In this document: in pieces, positions 12,471-26,275 of the stretch
Numbering within the stretch: position 1 is the first letter of the stretch
Layout: every line of letters starts with the position of its first letter
Assembly: GCF_009914755.1 (NCBI RefSeq)
Contig: NC_060942.1
Strand: one strand, 5' to 3'
Length of the DNA: 64,000 bases
DNA from: the human T2T-CHM13v2.0 reference genome, Homo sapiens
Notes under the pieces: generated by a model
Told to the model about the DNA's origin: nothing
The model's database searches: none
What the model saw: only the letters and a program-made list of their open reading frames with translations
Made by a program: the position numbers and the translations under genes

Positions 12471-13989
12471 ATAATGTTTTATAGAGTACATTACTATAAA
12501 TACATATAAGAAGGCCAAGTAGGGGATTCCAAGTTATGTCTGGGTGGCATTACTGAATTTTGTAAGAAGTGACAGAATACCGTACTGGGTGAACCATCCC
12601 TTCCATAGCTTGCCTGGCATTTCTCAAGTGTGAATGCAGTTCACTCAAGTTCCTGGGGTGTCCCAGAAAGATGCGTATGTTTTGAAATTTATTAGGAGAT
12701 TGAAAAACTCCTGATGAGTGGTCATTGTAAATCAGAAGTGCTTTCAGCATGGATGGGTGAGGAGCATGGGATTAAGTAGGGACCTCTGTCCTAGTATTAT
12801 TTTCTCTGTTGAATTCATCCTACCAGTTGCTGAGCTCTTTATTTGCACACATCAGCCTTTTAGGAAGGATCTCCAGGAATCCTGTGGGGAGAGGCTGGTG
12901 CTGGGGGAAGACAGAGGAATGCCTGGAGAGGACAGAAGTGAGGTAGGTCAAGGTAGAGGGGGTTGCAGGAAGAAGATGGGGTGTCCAGGGTGAAGGAGAG
13001 CTAGCAACGAGAGCAGAAGCCACGGCCCACTGACGGTCGCTCCGGGCCAGGCTTCTGTTCTGTGGGTACACGGTTTATTTCAGGGGCTGATTCTCTTTAG
13101 ACTCAGTTTTTTTTCTCTCCTTCTTCTGATTGGAAGAAGTTTAATTCCGTGTTCATTTCCAATTCTTGCATTCAAGCTTATAATTTATCATTAAAAAACA
13201 ACGACAACAATAAAAAAGGCAAGGCATACAGAAGGGACTCCAGGCAGACATTGCAGCAGGGCAGGGCAGTGAAGGGACGCCACGTTTGGCAAGGCCTTCT
13301 GTGTGCCCAGCTGCACATGGCCACCTGGCCAGTGTGCATCGTGTGCAGTAAATGTGTCAAGTGCACTGCTGCACGAACCATCAGATGCTGAAAAATCTTG
13401 TCAAGTAGAACTTTCTCTATCCCCATTGTATAGATGAATGAACAGAGCTAGGAGGAGTTGAGTAACTTGCTCATGGTCACAAAACTGAGAAGGGCAGAGC
13501 TGGCCGGCACCTGTGTGTTAACTACTGCACTCAGGCTAGAAAAGGCATTCTAATCAATTAGGACCTGGGGACTAATCTGAAATCTCTAATTCATAGTGAA
13601 ATCCCTGGTGAAATTTAGAAGGAGATTGGACATAGGCCTGAAGGAACATTGGCTCAACCGCCTTCAGGAAGGTCAGTCTATGTAAGCCAGTTAAAGAATA
13701 TGTTATGAACCACACACCAGTCCAACAAAGGCCATGGTGTGATTGTGAAGGGATGCTGGCTCCAGCCTCAGCAGCTCAGTTTGGACTTGGCTTTGTGGCT
13801 GGGTGTGCTCTGTGATCAGGGAAGTCTGCAGCCAGGGAATCCTCTGGGCCTTTCTAGACATCTCAGCAACCTTTTAGATAAATGGGGCATTGGCTTTGTT
13901 TGATGCTAAACATTTACTTTGATTGCTTTCATTGATAGCATAGGGCTTCTCCTATTTTATCTTGGCTGTTCTAAGAATGTCTGGAATGG

Positions 13990-14311
<322 letters not shown>

Positions 14312-14391
14312 TCAATTATTTGAATAATGTTTATGTGTGTCCTCTGTGTGCCAAGCGCTGGGTTAGAGTCAAATGTGAGCAGTGCGTACTC

Positions 14392-14570
14392 CAGCACTGT
14401 CCCGTAGAACCACCTATGATGACAGAAAAGCTCTGTATCTGCACTGTCCAATACAGTAGTTACTAGCCGCATGCAGCTAGGATGACCAAGGGGCTGCACT
14501 TTAGTAAACTTTAATGAATATAAATGCAAATCGCCACATGTGTCTGGGGCTACCCTATTGGACAGCACAG
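14392..14570. mobile_element. MER3 (hAT-Charlie) DNA transposon
   Basis: 'ctgcactgtccaatacagtag..actagcc' and terminal 'ctaccctattggacagcacag'. Confidence 0.75.
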
Positions 14571-15007
14571 GGCTGGATTAATCTTGGGTTATATTTTGAA
14601 AAATTGCAAACTCAAAAAATATTACATATACTGGAAATATAATGTATAATTGTTAAAATTTTAGTAAAATTATATATTATACACTGATATATTGTTGTAA
14701 TAAAGGTAAATAGAATTTCTATGTATTGATTTATTCAGACATTTAGGTGGTGTCTTCTATGTGACAGGCACTGTGCTAGATTCTGTGAGAATGCAAAAAT
14801 GACTTGTAAGACAGTTCATGTTTTTAAGAAACTCACAGCTTTGTAGATAAGTGTCTACACTCACACATGTACACTTACACACCCACACATATGAATACCA
14901 GGTAACAAACTGCCTAATGCCCTTAGGTAAGCATGCCTCACAACCATCAGATCACTGACAATAGCCGTCATCAGATCCAGAGGACACATGTGCATTTCTT
15001 TTTAAGA

Positions 15008-15375
15008 ACAAAAAGTTGATCTCATGGAAGTAAAAAGTAGAACAGAGGACACTAGAGGCTGGGAGGAGTAGAAGGATAGGTAAGGTAGGGAGACATTTGT
15101 TAAAGGATATAAAATTATATCTACATAAAAGGAATAAGTTCTGGTGTTCTGTAGCACTATAGGATGACTGTATTTAACCATAATATATTATATCATTTCA
15201 AATAGCTAGAAGGATACTGAATGTTCCCAACACAAAGAAATGATAAGTATTTGAGACGATGGATATGCTAATTACCCTGACCTGAGCACTATAGCTTCTA
15301 TGTATCCAAACATCCCTATATACCCCATAAATAGGTACAATTATTATATGTCAAATTAAAAAATACTTAAAAAAT
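15008..15375 (+). mobile_element. L1MA-family 3' end
   Basis: 'gttgatctcatggaagta..agtagaa', 'ggaataagttctggtgttct', 'cacaaagaaatgataa', 'taccccataaata', A-tail. Confidence 0.85.
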
Positions 15376-15394
15376 CAAGAGGGGGATAAAAAAG

Positions 15395-15610
15395 AACTAG
15401 GAAACCTTTCCTAGAAGTCCCCCAGCTGACTTCCTTTCATATTTCTTTGGTAGAATTTCTACGCATGTCCATGCCTAAACCTATCCCAGACAAGAGGAAT
15501 GGAATTGTCATGATTGGCTTAGGCCAGTCAGGATTTAGCTCCTCTTTTATGGATGGATACCTGAACAAAAATCAGGGTTCTGTTAGCAAGGAACAGGGGC
15601 GGTGGAATAG
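15395..15610 (-). mobile_element. MLT1J-like MaLR LTR fragment
   Basis: 'aggaaacctttcctagaagtcccccagctgacttcc...aaaatcagggttctgttagcaagga'. Confidence 0.6.
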
Positions 15611-18329
15611 AATTGCACAGGCAGTCACTGTCCCTCTGAAAATTTACCCATCCTCCAAATCAGAAGGAGCCTCTCCATTCATGACACCCCACTCATTCCT
15701 CTATGACAGCACTCACAGAAGAGAGTGTGTTAATGTGTTTGCTCAAGGGCCTGATTTCCTGTTAAGGATTGTGTAACCACAATGCACTCTTCTCTATTAA
15801 ACTGAGAGCTCGTTGATGGGGTAGGGCAAGTCTCATTCATCTTTGAAAACGTGGCACTCAGCGTAGTAGTTCCTGGCATATCCACAGCTCAATAAATATT
15901 TGTTAGATCGAATATACATTTGTTCAAGAGCAACTCAATTAATATCTTCTTTCTTCATTTGTTTTTCAAAGACTACACCTGTTGGTCTGGATTGCAGCTG
16001 GAATTGGAAGGGAAATGCATTTCCATTGAAGGAAGAAGTGTAACAGTGAGCAGGCAGGTGTCAGCGGATCTCAAGAGAATAATGTCAACTGGACGATGGC
16101 TTAGAGGCAGGAGGAGGCAGATCAGCTAGGCAGATGTGCAGAAGTTAAGTGTGGTTTCATGCAGAAACTTCCAAATGGATTCAAGAGCCAAAGCCTTCAA
16201 GAAGTTGGTGTCATTGTCACTTGGAATATGTTTGTATTAATACAGGTAGAATATGTTAATAAACCATATTCTTATCAAGAATCTTCCATTTACAGCCCTT
16301 ATTTTCTCCCTTTATTTTTGCCCTTTCTTTTCTGCCTGGCTGTTTAACTCCTGGATATCTGATTTAACTACATCTGCAGCTTCTCACTGATATGTTTATG
16401 GGTATCAGATGCCTATATTGCGATTGCTTTTCCTGTCTCTGGGAATTAGATGTGATCCATGTACACCTTTGCTCTGAGTTAGATCTTAGAAAGCAATGGA
16501 CCTGGGCCTCATTATCTCAGCTCTCCACAGAAAAGCATCTAACAAATTGAGACTTAATGTTACATCTTCAGCTTTGTGGAGGGAAGCTGACATAGAAATG
16601 TGCTTTTGAAGAACAAACCTGGGTATTTTGCAAAAGCATAGTGGAAGACTTTATCCATCATATTACTCGAAGTCCTTTTCACAATAACCTGCAGGACAGA
16701 AAAAAATGTTTGTTTCTCCAAATTAACCTTCAATTGGCCTATCGATGTCAAGCATATCCCACCCCTACTGTCACCAGGGACTTAGGACTGGGTTTTGCCC
16801 CAGTGGTGGCATTTATCCGATCCTGGTGCTTGGTGGCATCCATTTATTTGCTCCTTTCAACTGATTTTGATTCTGTTTTTATTATTTAATTTTCTGTTTT
16901 ATATTGTGGTTAATTTTCTGAGTTGCCTCAAATGTTTATGTTTGAGTGTATTTTTTTTCTTACTTACCTATACCCATCTACCTCCCACCTACCCACCCAC
17001 TTACCTACTTATGTTCCTGGCTATTTATATGGTGCATAATCTCTATCAGCCCAGGCTTCTTTAAAGTACCTGCATGTTCTTTTCCTTTTTCTTCTTTGAC
17101 CAGATCATACCTACAAATAATACAGAGGATTCAGAGATGGGAGTTGCAGAGACGTGGGTCTGATTCCAGCTTTGCCTCCTGCTAAATATCTAATCCTGGG
17201 CAAGTCATGTAGTCTCTAGGTGTTCCAGTTTGGCCAACTTTAAAATGGGAATAATTCTGTCTACTTCACTTATCTCATACAGCCAGAGTGAGGACATTCA
17301 TATTTTGGCATATAATATAATAAGGTTGTAGATAAAGCGTTTATTAGGATAAAGTCTTTGGCTAATAGGTTGGACAGACCAGTTGACCTCCTAAGGGTAT
17401 CATCATAAGAACTCGAAGGTCTTATTCAAGTGTTTCCCTCCAATAATTCTCACATTTCCACCTTTAGATCTTTTATTAAGGATCCTGTGGGAAATGTGTA
17501 TTTCATAGGTTATTAACCCAACGAAGTCAGATTTCTATTTCAATCTACTTATTTCACATTTTTGTTAAAACTTTTGAAGAAAATGAATTTCTTATTGAAT
17601 TCATTTTAGACTGCTGTTAGCTCAGATTCACTTTGTGAGTTAGAATGCCTCTTAGAAATATATAACACACAGGGAAAAACTTTTGGGTGAGTCTTTCTTT
17701 TTTGATAGTACCACATGAGTCCGCAGTTTGCTGATCCCCATGAACATGGACTTAATCTTCTTTAGATGCTTTAGGACATGTGGTTATGCAGTCAGGGAGC
17801 TGAGATCTGAGGCAGGAGGGTGTAGGAAAAATAAGTGATCGTGGGGAGTGGAATCAGAAGACAGAGTGGGGGAAGGAAGTTTCTGGAGCACTTTGTGTTC
17901 AGTCGCAGACCGGTGAGGCCCAGGAGAACTTTCTCCAGCTGAGGAGGCCCAGGTGAACTTTCTCCATGTGGGGAGCTGTTGAGAACTTGAGCTTCCAGCA
18001 TAAACACAGGCTGAACCTGGCTTTGGCGAATGTGGGCCTCCAGCCCATTTACAAAATGTCACACTTTTTGTATGGCTTGGAGGAGACTCAGAAGTGACTT
18101 AGGAATTCCATGGAGCCCTGATGTAGCCATTGGCAGTTCCCAAGCAGGAAGCCAGTCCCTCCATTTCTTCCCAAAATTCTCCCAACCACACCCTGCCTCA
18201 CCTCCTGGCTGGGACATCTATTACTATGATCATTTTACTGGTGAGAAAAATGGGGTGCTAGAAAGGTTACCTGACTTGCTGAAATTCACACACGAGTTAA
18301 TGGTGGGGCTGGTGCTGGAGCCAATGTTG

Positions 18330-18741
18330 GGCCTCATAAACTCCTACAAAGTGTGCTAAGACTGGCCACTCTTTCCTGCAGGCCGTCCTCAGGGTAGTTC
18401 ATGTAGCTGATGACCTTGAGAAATGAGGTAATGTCTTCCTTCATCCCCAAAGAGCAGACTTTCTTACTGTTTGCTATAAAAGCAGTGGATTCCCCAAACT
18501 CAGTGTTCCTCGGCTGTGACACAAACCGCCTTCATGTGTGTATTAGTTAATCTGAGCCTGTTGGGTCACTTCTGTGGAACTCAAGGGCAAGGGTAACTGA
18601 TGAAATATGCTTGTGTTCATCTTGCTTGCTACGTTACCAGTCCTGTATTTCAGATCCAGAAGTCTCATGTCTTCTGCCAGCATCTGTGAAACAGGCTAAT
18701 ACTGTCTTATAAGTTGGATAAAATAAAATTTAAGACCTGAC
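18330..18741 (+). mobile_element. LTR40-like ERVL LTR
   Basis: 'tataaaagcagtggattccccaaactcagtgttcctc' and 'ccagaagtctcatgtcttctgccagcatctgtgaaac' match LTR40 as recalled. Confidence 0.6.
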
Positions 18742-19765
18742 CCCCAGCTTCCTGAGTCCTGGCTGGAGCTTTCCCACCATAGCACTCAGCTTACGTAACC
18801 CAATCCAAGAGGAAGAAATGATGGTGGCATTGCTAGCTTTGATCCAAGTTTTTCTTTCTTTCTTTCTTTCTTTTTTTTTTAACACTTCTCTGGGCCCGGG
18901 CTGCTGTTACCAGGCCTTCAGTAGATGTGGATAACAGGTAGGTGACTGGCTTGCTGGTAAGCAGAGATCCCTGGAAACCAACCCAGGCCAGGCCAGGGCA
19001 GGAGCAAAAAGGAAGAGCAAGAGTGGAGAGGAGTGAAGAGTCTTTGCACTTTGCAAAGACATTTTGATGCCTCATCACCATCTTATGTAGCTGTCACATC
19101 ACAAAAAAAGGAATAAGGGTGGAGAAAGTGTTCTGCTAAATGCATCTGTGTCCTAGGGACACAGATCTATGAAATGGGGTAGGATGATGAAGCAGGAGGG
19201 AAGGCTGGGCAAGTGGGGAGCAGGGCGGCACCCTGTGAGAGGGGAGGGCCACTGGGAGGGCAGAAATGGGAAAGATGGTGCCATGTCAGGATGTCGTTGC
19301 GATCTTGCCCTCATGATATTCAAGTTGCTTTTAACCTGCTGACCAATTTCTGGCAAGAATCCTAAAGAAATCTTAGACAGTGAAGTGAGATCTAACCATG
19401 AGTGAGTGTCACAGCCTCTTCACACTGGACAATCTCCTCCCACATTCGGCCCATAGAGGGGGAGGCCCACTCCAGCCAAGACTTGTCAACCAGAAACCTG
19501 AAACAATAGCAGGTGCTTCTAAAATAACCTTCCCTTCAGCAGATAGGCCTCTGTCATACGACTTTTAATTGCTTGTCAAATATTTGACTAAAATTGAGTA
19601 GTTTTCCTTCAGGGAAAGTTGGTACTCTTAAGTCACTAGCAAATGAGAAGTTGGTAAAAAAAATTGGCCAGAGCACTCTGTGTGTGTACACAGCGGCGAA
19701 CGGTCAATACATAACAATTTTCTGCACTGCTAGAGATTCTGTTTAATGTTTAATTTAAAAAATGA

Positions 19766-20020
19766 CCACTTATATGAGGTATCTAAAGTAGTCAAATTCA
19801 TAGAGACAGAAAATAGAATATGGTTGCCGGGGCAGCGGGGACAGGGAAGGGGTGAGCTGCTGTTTGATGGGTGTAGAGTTTCAGTTCTGTGAGATGAAAA
19901 GGTTCCAGAGATCTGTTGCATAACAACATGAATATACTTAACACTACTGAACTGTACACTTAAAAATGGTTACAATAGTAAATTTTATGTTATGTGTATT
20001 TTAGTCACAAGTAAAAAAAA
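19766..20020 (+). mobile_element. L1MB-family 3' end
   Basis: 'ccacttatatgaggtatctaaagtagtcaaattcatagagacagaa...actgaactgtacacttaaaaatggtt'. Confidence 0.85.
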
Positions 20021-20237
20021 TTGTAGAGGAATCCATGTGGAAAGTGAACACAGTATTGATTTTTATAGTTTTAACTTCCCTGACTGATCTAAATTAAAAT
20101 GTCCCTGCTATGGGAAAGGGTAAAAGTCAGAAAGGAAATAACTTCCCTTTTACTGAATTTTAGTCAACTCCTTAGACAAAGAATTGGAGAGAGATATATA
20201 TATGTATATATATATATTTGCTCACACATGTAAATAA

Positions 20238-20543
<306 letters not shown>

Positions 20544-20671
20544 ATGTAAAGAATTTGAATACACTTCTTCACATTTCAGTAAAGCTCTTTGCATGTTTTT
20601 TTGTACAAAAGAAAATCATTTCAATACTTGTTAACTTCGCAGCCATTGTAAAAGATCACTAGTGAAAGATG

Positions 20672-21225
20672 CTTCTGGGTATACATCCAAAAGATTTGAA
20701 ATCAGTGTCCTAAAGAGATAGTTGAACACCTGTTTGCATAGCAGAATTATTTACAATAGCCAAAAGGTAGAAGCGATCCAAGTGTCCACTGACAGATGAC
20801 TGGATCTACTACTCACACAACGGTGAATTACATATTCACACAATGGAATATTATTCAGCCTTAAAAGAGGGGAAATTTTGACCCATGCTACAACATGAAT
20901 GGACCTTGATGACATTATGCTAAGTGAAAGAAGCTGGCTGCAAAGCAAAAGACAAATGCTGTATGATTCCACCCATATGAGGTACCTAGAGCAATCAAAT
21001 TCATAGAACAGAAAGTTGAAGGGTGGTTGCTGGGGCTTCCAGGGGGCGTGGTGGGGGTGAGATTTCGTGTTTAATGGATACTGAAGTTTTGTTTTGCAAG
21101 ATGAAAAGAGTTCTGGGGGTGGATGGTGGCAGTGGTTGTACAGCAATGCTAATGTACTTGATGTCACTGCACTGCCCACTTAAAAATGGTTACATTTTTT
21201 GTCATGTGTATGTAACCACGATTAA
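20672..21225 (+). mobile_element. L1MB-family 3' portion
   Basis: 'cacaatggaatattattcagccttaaaag', 'gacattatgctaagtgaaagaagc', 'gatggtggcagtggttgtacagcaatg'. Confidence 0.85.
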
Positions 21226-21464
21226 TACAGGCTATAAAAATACTGTTAAAGAAAAGAGCGCTAGTTAAGGAAGCAACTCATCATTTCGCCATCTGGGTCA
21301 TTCATTTTAGGAGCCGCTGGCCAAGCCATGAGCTGGGCTCACAAGACTGATAAGAGCAGTCTGCATAACTCACTCTGGTGCTCCGCATCCAAAACCAACA
21401 GGGCCTAAATCTGGTTGAAACCCATAAGTCCTGCCTCACTCTCACTCTCTTCTTTCTGACACAG

Positions 21465-21669
21465 AGGTCCTCTTGTCTGGATCTGGAAAGCAGTTGAAAT
21501 ACATAGGACCTGCCCCTGCCCGTTTGGTGTTCTTCCCACATTCTGCAGCATTTGCAGTCCCCTTCATGCATTTCCATGTGTATGAGGAAGATTTTCCAAC
21601 ATCAAAGTAATTTTTGCCTTTCATCATTAAAGAAAGCCTTTGATTCAACCACAATCATCTCTGAATGAG
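21465..21669 (+). ncRNA. Candidate non-coding internal exon (205 nt)
   Basis: Acceptor ctcactctcttctttctgacacag|AGG with ctcac branch-like motif; donor GAG|gtaatt; stops in all three frames. Confidence 0.25.
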
Positions 21670-22624
21670 GTAATTCCTCTGAATGTTTCACTTGTAAGAA
21701 TTGGCAATTCCTAAGCAAGACCACCGCCATATTGATTAAAGACGTCCACTTGGTTGGCCCTTCCAGCCTCGCCAGGTCAAACGTAACTGGAGGCCGGCCT
21801 TCTCCCACCCCAGCAAGCTGCGTGGACAGGCGACTGTGTAATGGGAAAGCTGTGCCATGAGAACGTGTACTTCCTCCACAACCACACGCTCATGTGTTGT
21901 TTTGTAAGCAACATTTCTGCTGAGGAAAGAGCAGCTGGGCACTTAAGACTCCTGGCAAAACCATAATGGTGGAAAACAAAACTTAACCTATATTTCAAGA
22001 AAAGCTGTGTTCTGTTCCCCTGATCAGCATTAGCCTGTAGGTATTTAGTTGAATTAAATGAAGGGAATGATGAAATTAATCCACATTAAAAAGCAATGAA
22101 TAGTGGATTCATTAACCCAGAGAAGAGGTGGAGGGCTGCATCGTAAAAACAAAGCTCAAAGCCAAGGCTCTCGCAGCCACACCCCTGGGGTGGCTAAAAC
22201 TGCAGCCGCTTTGTTAATTCTCAATGAATAATTAACCGGAGGTAGAAATATTTTTGAGTTTTAGGAGCTCTGTGTCTGTCGGTGCATCGACTGTTTAATC
22301 GGAGGCCTCTACAGTCGGTAGTTTTGGTTCACCCTGATTTTAGACCTCTCTTCTGTTCTTCCTGTTTCAAGCTCCAAGGTGGCTCAGTCCTTTTCTTCCT
22401 CCTGCTGAATCTTAGGGGGAAATTCTAGAATTATCATCATCATCCCCTTTTACAGATAAGAAAGTAGAAAGTTAAACAAGTAATTTTCTCAAAGTCACAT
22501 ACTGAGAAAGAGGTTGGATCCGGGAAGGTGAAAGAGGTTGGATCTGGGAAGGTGGATTCAGTGGATTAAGTGAATTAAGTGGATTAACAGCCTGGCCCTT
22601 ACCCCACCTGCTGGATTGCCTTAT

Positions 22625-24390
22625 GTTACTGGGGTATTTGCTCCCCGTTTCTTCCGGCTTCAGTCAACAGGGGCCCTGCCACTGTCAGCTCCCACCATAG
22701 GAGGCCTTCTGCTGCCGGTCCTGAACTCAGAGCCCTGTGGGCACAGTGAGACCTGCTGGGCCCTGAAAGGAGAGCAGAGAGCAGAGTGGCCACTGGCCTT
22801 GGAGGATCAGAGTGGTGATCTGGATGTGCTGGGATGATGTTCTGGTTGGGTTTTCTAGTCCATTCTGCCTGGGGTATGACAGAATTCCTGCTGGCAGAAT
22901 CCCAATCCTCCCCTTATTGACATACATGGTTGCTCCCTAGGAGGCAAACTGGTTCTGGGATGGGGAGGCTGGATGGCCTCAGCTGTCTGCCTCCAGCAGG
23001 ACCTGGAACCCTGACCACCCATCTCCCTGGCCTCCCCATCTGTCCTTGTGGGTTTGATATGAAGGGGCATGGGCACTATCTGCCCACCTTAAGAATGAGG
23101 GCAGTAGGGAAGTCCATGATTTTCTTCAGGGGGTCTGGAACCCTCCCTGAAGGGTAATATTCTAGCATTTCCCTTACTAAAGCAGAACATCCTCCACTGC
23201 ATTCAACACTTACCATGCACACGACACAAGGCTGGACGAGAGCTATGTGGCTGGGTCCCGAGACTGGCAGGCAGCTTGCATGCTTGATGGAAGCAAATCC
23301 TTGCTAAGATGTTTCTGTTTCATTCGACACCTAGATTTCATATGTCCCAAAATTACTTACTTAAACTTTTCTTTTTTCATTTTATACTTTGAGGCCCAAT
23401 AACCATGTAAACCTTGGCTTATAGTTTCCTGACTACTCTCAGAGGGCGTCATTTGCAGTGATGTTTCTTCTAGACCTTTTTTTTGGGTACATTCTCCGGG
23501 TTCTATTGTATACTTCACTCTTTTCTCTGAAATATGTGATTATTGTTTAAAAGCACTGAGTGACAATCTACATAAGGTGGTGTGTGAAGTACTACGGTAT
23601 TCCTGTTATTGCTACTAGGTTTGAGTCCATGACATCTAGTATCTTCTTGCCTCTCTTCCTTTTGACCTGACAGTTACCAGCCATCCACTCCCCTCTGGAA
23701 ACTGAAATCTGCACAGGCACATTTCCTTCACAAAGAGTTCACTTGACCCTGACCCAAACGTCCTCAACCTTGCATTTGACCCAGATCTGGCCCTCCTCAC
23801 TAAAGCCTCCTGCACTGGCCTCCATCTGCCCTGGGGCCCTTTTCTTCTCCCAGGGCAGTTGTTTTGGAGTCTGTTTATGGCCTGTGCAGACACTTGGCTG
23901 AAATTTACCTCAGTCTCTTTCCTTTTTTCATTGAAGTTCTTATCCATTTTCTAATCGTGTCCTGCCTCCAAAAGAAATTTCTCTGTTATGGTCTTCTTCA
24001 AGCATAGTTCTCTAAATTTCAAATGGTTTAGACAGAATAAGCTGTGACTGTAGAATTCTTGCCAGAATAAGCTATGACTGTAGAATGTGACAGGATAGGA
24101 TGCCACCTCCTCCCCGGACTCACATTTGACTTGGACTTTGCCTCCCAAATCCTCCTGGACATCCATGTGGGACAATGACTGCAGACCTCATTGCTTCTCT
24201 GCCCACTCCTTCCCCTCATTTGATGTGCTTGTCACGTTACTGGGGTATCTGCTCCCTGTTTCTTCTGGCTTCAGTCAACAGGGGCCCGGTCACTGTCAGT
24301 TCCCACGATAGGAGGCCTTCTGCTGTCCGTGCTGAACTCAGAGCCCTGTGGGCACAGTGAGACCTGCTGGGCCATGAAAGGAGAGCAGAG
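22625..24390. repeat. 155-bp dispersed direct duplication (22625-22779 / 24236-24390)
   Basis: Manual alignment: 11 mismatches, no gaps, offset 1611 bp. Confidence 0.95.
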
Positions 24391-25378
24391 GCCTAATGAA
24401 GGCTTGTGGCTAAGCGCCAGCATCTTTCACAAGAGGGATGACAGGTGAACCAAGTGAGGAAGAGGAGGAGAGTGAAGAAGGAAGGTGAGCTGGTTTATGC
24501 CCACAGAATTCCTGCAGAGTTAGGGCTGAACCTCACTCACACACGGCTGGTGGTACCTGGGCAGGACATTCTGCCATTCCCATGTACAGCACGGTGGGTT
24601 CCTGACACATATCTGAGGTGTTTTAGTGGGGATAAAGCTTTTCATTCCACTGGTTGAAAATGCTCAGGAGAAGTATGTCCACCTTGATGCTAGCCACGCT
24701 AAGGTGTGACCGCACCTGTGTAAATCCTTCAGAGAATGAGAGATCGGCTCAGAAGGGAAGAAGAGAAAACCTTGGGTTTGGGTCACAGAGGGAAAAAGAA
24801 GACACTGGGGAGGGGCCAGGGTGTTACCCTGTGTCTGTCTCTCAGTTCTGGACAATCTGGGCTCAAGTGCACACAGGTACAGGGACATCAGCTGGGCCAT
24901 GGGGTCTGGGAGGAGATTGCCTGCTTCAGGAAAGAGGTGAGACCCTGGCGATGCCTACCATAGGTGTTATTATTTATTATGAGTCCCAGGGTTGGGGGAT
25001 GTTCTAAGTGGTTTTCCCTCAGTTGAAGTGGGAAGAGAAAAATGACTGGGTGTGATTTTATGCCGCTAATACACAGAGATGATCCGCACTCTGGGGCACT
25101 TTAAAGTCAGCATTTTAAGAAGCGTTGTGAGTGATGTCGCAGCTGTGAATGGGTCTTGTCCTTCGCAGTGAGGTGAGGACTGGCTTTAAGCTCCTCCAGT
25201 CTGCCCCACAACATGTGAAATTCCCTTTGTGCTTGGTGTTTGTGAAAGAAGTGTCCACTCTTGGGACGAGAGCATCCTTATCACAAGTCCGGGCTCTGGA
25301 GCCAGCTCCCAGGGTTTTCATCAGGCCTCGCCACTGGCCAGCTGGGCGGCTTCGTGTGAGTTACTAAATCTCTCTAAA

Positions 25379-25515
25379 CAGGGTCAGTGACACGATTTGT
25401 GAGGCCCAGCACAAAATGAAAATGTGAGACCCCTTTCCAAAAATTAGAAGAGGGCATGCAGCTGAGCACTTGGCACTGTGTTACTGCCTAGGTTGCTGCC
25501 CGTGGAGCTGGCCTG
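25379..25515 (-). mobile_element. MER45-like (hAT-Tip100) MITE
   Basis: 'atttgtgaggcccagcacaaaatgaaaatgtgagacccctttccaaaaatta' matches the MER45A reverse complement as recalled. Confidence 0.7.
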
Positions 25516-26083
25516 GTCTTCATTTCAAGTGGATTGAAATTGTGTGGATTCAACGCGTTATTACTAAAAAGGAGCTTAGAATGGGCATTCGTGTTACTCA
25601 GAGGTGCGACACACAGGTTCAGAGAAGAGCCTTCACTGGGGTCAGGCAACTAGGGTTTAGCCTTGCTGTCCCACAAATGTACAGGGCCTCAGATAAGTCC
25701 CTTCAAGCCTTTAGGGTCTCTACTTACCGAAAGGACAGGAAAGGCTTCCCTACATCCCTCAAGGGCAGAGAGAACTCGCATTCTCTGATAGGACGAGCAA
25801 CTCATCCCAGTACGATGGGACTCCCAGGGTCTCCCTCTGTCAGGAGCAAACCAGGATGGCTGGTCACTACATTTACTGGGATTTTGTCAGGCTTTTCCTG
25901 TGCAACCTATGTGCCTCGTCTCATCTCACTTAATCTCCACCACAGTGCTATGTATGAGACAGATAACATCACCCTCCTGTGACAGATGTGAAATCTGAGT
26001 TTTGAGAGGCTACGTGTGGCTGGGGTTAGTTAGAATTGGGGCTGGACTGCTCTCATCTCCAAAGCCTGTGCTTTCATCTGCAT

Positions 26084-26275
26084 CAGTGATCCTCAAATGT
26101 TCACATCAAAAAAATGGAGTGATCCTCAATTTGTTCACATCAAAATTAGTGGGAGAGGTTAGAACCCAGAGGTTCTGATTCAGCAGTTTGGAGAAGGGGC
26201 CTGAGAACGTGCATTTCTACAGTTCCCAGGTGATGCTCATGCTGTGGTGCCTGGACCCCACTTTGAGAACCACTG
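26084..26275. mobile_element. MER5A (hAT-Charlie) with small internal duplication
   Basis: 'ttctgattcagcag..ggggcctgaga..tgcatttcta..ttcccaggtgatgct..ccactttgagaaccactg'; gtgatcctcaa..tgttcacatcaaaa occurs twice. Confidence 0.8.

Noticed and set aside
17915-17966. Small tandem duplications (29-bp here; 30-bp at 24033-24086; 15-bp near 36045)
   Set aside because: Ordinary slippage-scale duplications common in mammalian DNA
22625-24390. Direct repeats as LTRs of a novel retroelement
   Set aside because: No TG...CA termini, TSD, primer-binding site or polypurine tract evident
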